This document shows positions 60,901 to 64,000 of a DNA stretch of 64,000 nt, piece after piece. A model generated the notes under the pieces. It did not search any database. It saw only the letters and a list, made by a program, of their open reading frames with translations, and had not been told where the DNA came from. The stretch is from Oscillospiraceae bacterium (lineage in GTDB: Bacteria; Bacillota; Clostridia; Oscillospirales; CAG-272), in the NCBI GenBank assembly GCA_003343845.1, contig QAKK01000025.1, positions 66,418-130,417 on the forward strand. The letters run 5' to 3'. How positions within the stretch are numbered: position 1 is the first letter of the stretch; every line of letters starts with the position of its first letter. The position numbers were made by a program, and so were the translations under genes.

Positions 60901-62813
60901 ACATGGTGCCCGGCAATGTGCAGCAGACCACCGTCACCTACTATGCAGAGGACGGCAGTGCACTGAACAGTGTTCCCACAGATGCAGGCAACTACAGCGT
61001 GCGTGTCGTCTGCGAGACCGGCGACGCCATCTGGAGCGGCAGCGCGGACTTCACCGTCGCGCGGCGCGACATCGCGGATGCCTCCGTCACGCTCGGCGAC
61101 GCACTCACCTACGACACCACCGAGCAGACGCAGACCGTCCGCGCCGTACACTTTGACGGCGTCGATGTCTCCTACACCGTCGAGACGGGCAGCGACAAGG
61201 CAACAAATGCGGGCAATTACACGCTCCGCCTGATCGGCACCGGCAACTACACCGGCACGCTGGAAGTGCCGTTTGTGGTCTCGGCAAAAGTCGTCACCGC
61301 AGCCGTCGTTGTCGAGGGCAATTACACCTATGCGGGCGGCAACGCCATTCTCCCGACCGTCAAAGTCACTGACGGCAATGTTGAAATCGACCCGTCCGAA
61401 TACACCGTAGCGTGCGCAAACAACATCCATGCGGGCACTGCCACCGTCCGCATCGTGAATGCCGACGGCGGCAACTACGTCGTCTCGGGTACAACCACCT
61501 TTGAAATCGGCAAAGCAGCGCAAAATCTCGCGGCAGACCCCGTCACCGGCGTTTACGGCGAGAGCGGCAGGACCGTTTCCGCCACCGGCACGGTCGGCGC
61601 AATCACCTATGCGGTCACGGCGGGCAGCGAAGTGCTGGACGTGAACGAAAGCGGTGCGCTGACCTTCAGGCAGGGCGGCGACGCGACGGTCCGCGTCAGC
61701 GCCGCAGGCGACGACGACCATGAGGCAGCGTTCATCGACGTGAAGGTTCATGTCGACAAGGCGCATGTCACGCTCCGTGCGCTCGACAAGCAGATCCGCA
61801 CCGGCAAACGGATTCCCGCGCTGGATGCACCTGTTCTCGGCACGGATTACACCGTCGAGGGTCTGCTCGGCAGCGACAGCCTCACCGGCAAAGTCACGCT
61901 CCGCTATGACGGGACGCCGAATGCGTCCCGGGCGGGCGAATATGCAATTCTGATCGAGCATGACGGCACCGACCCGCGCTACACGGCGGACACCGTCGCA
62001 GGCAGGCTGATCGTCAAACGCAACACGGAAGATATGCGGGAGGAGAAGTCCTACAAGATCTCCGTCAGAACATCCGAGGGCGGCAGCGTCAGCCCCTACG
62101 GCACAATCCTCGCCCTTGCAGGCAAGGATCAGACCCTGACCTTTGTTCCCGACGACGGCTACCGCGTCTCCGCCCTGTATATCGACGGCAGCCGCGTACC
62201 CACCGCCGAGAGCTACACCTTCAAGCGGGTAAACAGCACGCATACGGTTGAGGTGATCTTCGCCAAGATCGGCGATATCGTCGCCTCCGACTTTGACGAC
62301 GTACCGGACGACGGCTATTATAAGGATGCGGTCGACTGGGCAGTCGATCAGGGCATCACGGTCGGCGCATCGGCAACAAAGTTTGATCCGAACGGCGTCT
62401 GCACCCGCGCACAGGCGGTCACGTTCCTGTGGCGCGCACTCGGCAAGCCCGCGGCAAAGAATACGGCAATGTCGTTTACCGATGTTGCGGCAGATGCATA
62501 TTACCGCGACGCGGTACTTTGGGCGGTCGAGAAAAGGATCGTCCTCGGCGTCAGCGAGACGAAGTTTGACCCGGACGGCATCTGCACCCGTGCGCAGATC
62601 GTCACGCTGCTGTGGCGCGCGGCAGAGTCGCCCACGGCAGACAGTGCAAATCCGTTTACCGATGTGGCAGCGGATGCGTACTATGCAGATGCAGTCCTCT
62701 GGGCAGTCGGCAAGGAGATCACCATCGGTACGAGCGGTACAACGTTCAGCCCGAACCGAATCTGCACCCGCGCCGAGATCGTCACCTTCCTGTACCGCAC
62801 CCTCGCAAAGTAA
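54954..62813 (+). CDS. giant SLH-anchored surface protein (2619 aa): repetitive beta-rich modules punctuated by His/CxxCG motifs, MBG-like repeats, Ig-like repeat, three C-terminal SLH motifs
   Basis: Signal peptide MKKHLCGLAIILLICAALFALPAFA after GGGAGG. It has HTHTVGADGKCTECGTH, CTHQAPGADGKCTECGF, HTHDFSAGDTCACG and HNTVDADTGKCACG. YDGNAH...AGNYTVWYRV-type repeats are present. C-terminal FDDVPDDGYYKDAVDWAV..., FTDVAADAYYRDAVLWAV..., FTDVAADAYYADAVLWAV.... Confidence 0.9.
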   Translation: MKKHLCGLAIILLICAALFALPAFAADVAKNESTGTLYDTLDAALEESNDGDTITLLDDVETADPEGEGSYTYWPLTIEMNGHGITGKLTVTDDLKLKGGWFYGLLVVDISGEEGALTITAPDTADYAVNQMLTVNDGTVNISGAKIAVRGTLSVSSGTAVTLSGTEKAVELFGAETFGNKFYGTVDADGNTDTAAVYDEAKQTYTVGGVAAKKLSNINTGEPEPAEKPTPNPGKTTVPVTAGSSASFKVAYTGTEDLTLDIQKNALDDTIRVSAGKTADNMWTVTVTLADEPKQSGYLLHIYPEGDPTRSATVTVKVLPHKAKVVESGKTTYLDDLSCTLTADDGSMQITLLDDIEFGAYKDPLTLRGGSPITLDLGGHSIDYVCIGEDIYDENYGTIGYNSAHVTVVGDGSIEELYHVVGTVRVRGGTINHLSCSSSYEQEGMYHGNVFISGGTLIGNLSVSTGSYNVTVEGGTGHKALIFCDALETKITDGEFEELILVPPTSSDCTLVLSGGKFGKIKTQSGTNEKGLYLAKYLAPDYFFYTKPAGGSDYTQLVDASAVTELTDVIIKKHTHTVGADGKCTECGTHIADIRVVKDGAETYLSADKLQDAINMMQTSDSYANTVTLLSDIELGNGRITIKTGKFTLDLGGKTLSSGYVGTWHALLEIKPDYGVYTNVHIQNGSIVNRIHDSSVYSETIALLLSNNAAVTLSDVTVSGGTNQSGKNPAVTQTFGTLVVEGDSVLDGGLFADKPYAITLRGGSFTAGYQSYGMLTAIKVTAPGDFGYYRDAVDFLADGCAFVKADDETAFVTNLGNITEDVKIIPHTHDFSAGDTCACGVSYVAELDGVKYTSLNKAIAAANGGTVKLLCDVDFGASGTLYAADAAYTLDLAGHTLRGNADTLVAVVNSEDGTAAVSILGGFVVGSNSYTTIRTIGADLTLHTDVTNTKPYDYVPSAAIIASNRVDSGSRITIVDGTYIGGVHCYSKDSTVRIMRGVFERGGNLFSLKASYYDIDQRKEVDLPLAAFIADGSYVVKTADNTKADLTNLSVIEDAVTVKVCTAHDFGLSMNTNGVESVACKNCGKRCTHQAPGADGKCTECGFTLEAQVGDTYYAYFSTAVKAAAEAGGTVKLLCNVTATGPHNIAALPSGTYTLDLAGHKLSVGTDAENPGAFNCGDDTVLTVISSDGAGILNAGLYIHGDFKIADNLSVEGLINIYKSLEVDSTSYAAPTFNGEVTVKNGGTLTVRHGNFRKNVTVESGGRLNAFERDGGDARFTFPVKINAGGKLRVTGSSSFQNLEIAAGADVLLEGGRFNGYIYTSDGSPLAPYLADGYAFENFVTGVIQDSGANSLTTVTVVGHTAHNTVDADTGKCACGKQMLAVLIARDNSVVAGYDNLRDALGEAQFGDTVRLFGSAVGGFTLHPQSTQPEITLDMNAGQIIDGLTLENVKLTVVNGRLPAGAAFTVASDASLTLNDVECGWDVTVSGKLAVTDADTVCAGTVTVKDGGSAALSGGSYKKIVCETGKVADLLEDAFGYTETANAESWLGGDGKTIADTTVLRIPLLLVHIGNTSVPYGTDGMLTVLYDTIDISPDRSKVSFQWYTISGDTYTPIADETDDMYVLRAGTVPGKYHVACAVTYKGYTMRADGLIGIRKATLTEGTHYTAPTAASLVYDGNAHALLAAGSIAANADLAGCKFVYSDSKDGNYTETMPTATAAGNYTVWYRVQGNNCFEDSAKGSIDVHIAVATVTAVNKDYPSNFTYGKAISAPTKANLTVTGDYDDATLSYAWRDASGNTLAAAPTELGSYTLHIEIAATANTGTAVVDIPISIVPETVTKAVTKSVSTYNGSSPRSYEVDLLALVKDAGLIPAGDTLTVRDQFDIFFFTDDGSYSAYDPATADYAVTAVKKDGEPTTLVITVSGLDRTPTKIYCMINVRLSNAHYTNIVAQISLVAKDKEDKTLSVMMNGWTYGQYDANANKPVYMVPGNVQQTTVTYYAEDGSALNSVPTDAGNYSVRVVCETGDAIWSGSADFTVARRDIADASVTLGDALTYDTTEQTQTVRAVHFDGVDVSYTVETGSDKATNAGNYTLRLIGTGNYTGTLEVPFVVSAKVVTAAVVVEGNYTYAGGNAILPTVKVTDGNVEIDPSEYTVACANNIHAGTATVRIVNADGGNYVVSGTTTFEIGKAAQNLAADPVTGVYGESGRTVSATGTVGAITYAVTAGSEVLDVNESGALTFRQGGDATVRVSAAGDDDHEAAFIDVKVHVDKAHVTLRALDKQIRTGKRIPALDAPVLGTDYTVEGLLGSDSLTGKVTLRYDGTPNASRAGEYAILIEHDGTDPRYTADTVAGRLIVKRNTEDMREEKSYKISVRTSEGGSVSPYGTILALAGKDQTLTFVPDDGYRVSALYIDGSRVPTAESYTFKRVNSTHTVEVIFAKIGDIVASDFDDVPDDGYYKDAVDWAVDQGITVGASATKFDPNGVCTRAQAVTFLWRALGKPAAKNTAMSFTDVAADAYYRDAVLWAVEKRIVLGVSETKFDPDGICTRAQIVTLLWRAAESPTADSANPFTDVAADAYYADAVLWAVGKEITIGTSGTTFSPNRICTRAEIVTFLYRTLAK

Positions 62814-62823
62814 ATCCACACAA

Positions 62824-62853
62824 AAAAAGCCTTCCGCAAGGAGGGCTTTTTTT
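62824..62853 (+). terminator. intrinsic terminator of the giant gene
   Basis: AAAAAAAGCCTTCC-gcaa-GGAGGGCTTTTTTT. Confidence 0.75.
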
Positions 62854-62887
62854 GTGTGGGTGAGGGATAAAAAGCACACCATTATCC

Positions 62888-63000
62888 TGTAGGGGCGACC
62901 ATTGGTCGCCCGTTTACACATTGCACAGGCGGGCGACCGATGGTCGCCCCTACGGTATAGTTGGAATTGTGTACACACCGCACGGGCATCGTCTGTCCCC
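62888..63000. repeat. mosaic repeat cluster (H5 nested palindrome, inverted H6)
   Basis: GTAGGGGCGACCATTGGTCGCCCG...CGGGCGACCGATGGTCGCCCCTAC at 62888-62955. Confidence 0.85.
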
Positions 63001-63152
63001 TCTTTTTTCGATTGAACTTGACATTTTTTGCATTCTCTGCTACAATACAGATAACACACATAGAGGAGACCGCCATGACACAAAAAACACCCGCCAGCCC
63101 CGAAGCTCTTGCGCGCGGCTAAAAAAATGCGCGCGGAAACCTGCTTCTCGTC

Positions 63153-63644
63153 GTGATTTTCACCGTTATCAACGCTTTTATGGCTTTTGTGGGATCTTCA
63201 TCCTACTTTCTTTTCTCGGCTTATCTGCCCTATTATTCGGTCATACTCGGGCTTGTGCTCACCGGGCGGATGGATGTCGGTCAGGAATATCAGCTGGATG
63301 AAAAATACCTCGTCTATTTTGTCGGCTTTGCCGTCCTTGTGCTGGGGCTGTATCTGCTGTTCTGGCTGTTCTCCAAGAAGCATTACGGCTGGCTGATCCC
63401 GGCGCTGGTCTTCTTCGCGCTGGACACGATCTTTTTGCTGCGGGATTCGTTCGGCGGCGGCTTTGATTTCAGCATGGTGATGGACATTGCGTTCCATGCG
63501 TGGGTTCTTCTCTCGCTGGTGTTCGGTATCATCAACGGCTCAAAATTGAAAAAGCTCGCCGAAGCCGAAACTGCCGCTGCACCGATTGAAACGACAGCCG
63601 AGGATGTGACCGAAAAGAACGACGACAGCGTGTTCAAGGGGTAA
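63153..63644 (+). CDS. hypothetical polytopic membrane protein; likely true start ATG 63075 with an in-frame TAA at 63120
   Basis: Four hydrophobic segments. The only strong RBS (GAGGAG) precedes ATG 63075, which is in the same frame as the GTG 63153 ORF. Confidence 0.65.
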   Translation: MIFTVINAFMAFVGSSSYFLFSAYLPYYSVILGLVLTGRMDVGQEYQLDEKYLVYFVGFAVLVLGLYLLFWLFSKKHYGWLIPALVFFALDTIFLLRDSFGGGFDFSMVMDIAFHAWVLLSLVFGIINGSKLKKLAEAETAAAPIETTAEDVTEKNDDSVFKG

Positions 63645-63679
63645 AGTACGCGATATATTTTATCTTACGCACCAATCCC

Positions 63680-64000
63680 GTAGGGCATCGTCTGTCTCTC
63701 GCCGTATCCAAGCCTTCCCCCTTGGGGGAAGGTACCGCCGTATGGCGGGGGATGAGGGGTAGCCATTCGTCAGAATGGCGTATCCGCAGAGCAGAACGAG
63801 GCTGCTCAGACGGACGCTTGCGCGTCCTACCCCTCATCAGTCAACTTAGTCAGGATGTTTTTCGGTTTCGCATCGCGAAATCGTCGGTGTTCAGCCGACG
63901 AAGAAAAACTCCGCGAGACGCTTTGCGTCTCGTACAGCTCTCCCCCAAGGGGGAAGCCTAAAGCGCAAACCGCATGGGCGCCGTCTGTCTCCCACCGCAT
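63680..64000. repeat. mosaic repeat cluster running to window end (H6 inv, H1, H4, inverted H2, H1, H6 inv)
   Basis: H4 at 63751-63838. Inverted H2 at ~63893-63950. Confidence 0.85.

Noticed and set aside
1641-64000. Possibility that the abundant short repeats represent CRISPR arrays.
   Set aside because: There is no regular repeat-spacer periodicity, copies are scattered singly or in mixed clusters in both orientations, no cas genes are present, and the repeats are themselves strongly palindromic modules of several different types.

Overview
High-GC chromosomal segment (most genes roughly 60-70% GC by spot counts) from a spore-forming Clostridia-type Firmicute, supported by spoIIE, spoVG, a SleB-like hydrolase and many SLH-anchored wall proteins. 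The exact taxon cannot be determined from sequence alone. I support about 44 protein genes and 2 tRNAs. The left third is housekeeping: uvrA 3' end, a THUMP RNA methyltransferase, nrdR, tRNA-Pro, RNase J, a RluA-family synthase, DUF3810, an nrdD-nrdG-dut operon, a MATE/MarR pair, a heterodimeric ABC exporter, spoVG and murC. The middle and right are dominated by cell-envelope genes. These include an ECF-type sigma/anti-sigma pair leading into an AT-rich islet of secreted proteins, a GLUG-repeat giant protein and two tandem paralogous N-terminal-SLH S-layer-type genes. Also present are hprK, an SLH-anchored phosphodiester glycosidase, parS-parA-parB, a MORN-repeat protein, another SLH protein, spoIIE, tRNA-Thr and a 2619-aa SLH-anchored giant protein. 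No transposase, integrase, CRISPR array, rRNA or recognisable defence system was seen. The observations most worth follow-up are seven. (1) A mosaic family of at least 6 hairpin modules fills nearly every intergenic gap. (2) A perfect 27-bp inverted repeat pair encloses 221 bp between the promoter and RBS of a surface glycosidase gene, which could be an inverton, a closed structured leader or a MITE. (3) An orphan phage-like switch is built from two nearly identical face-to-face promoters, each carrying an ACAGA-N4-TCTGT operator, and a fourth operator copy sits 28 kb away on the MORN gene promoter. (4) The tandem S-layer paralogs share one promoter but differ sharply in composition, and one promoter carries an A8 tract. 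(5) An AT-rich islet lies behind the sigma/anti-sigma pair. (6) An array of parS half-site-like repeats lies upstream of parA. (7) Two conserved genes are each interrupted by a single in-frame stop codon.
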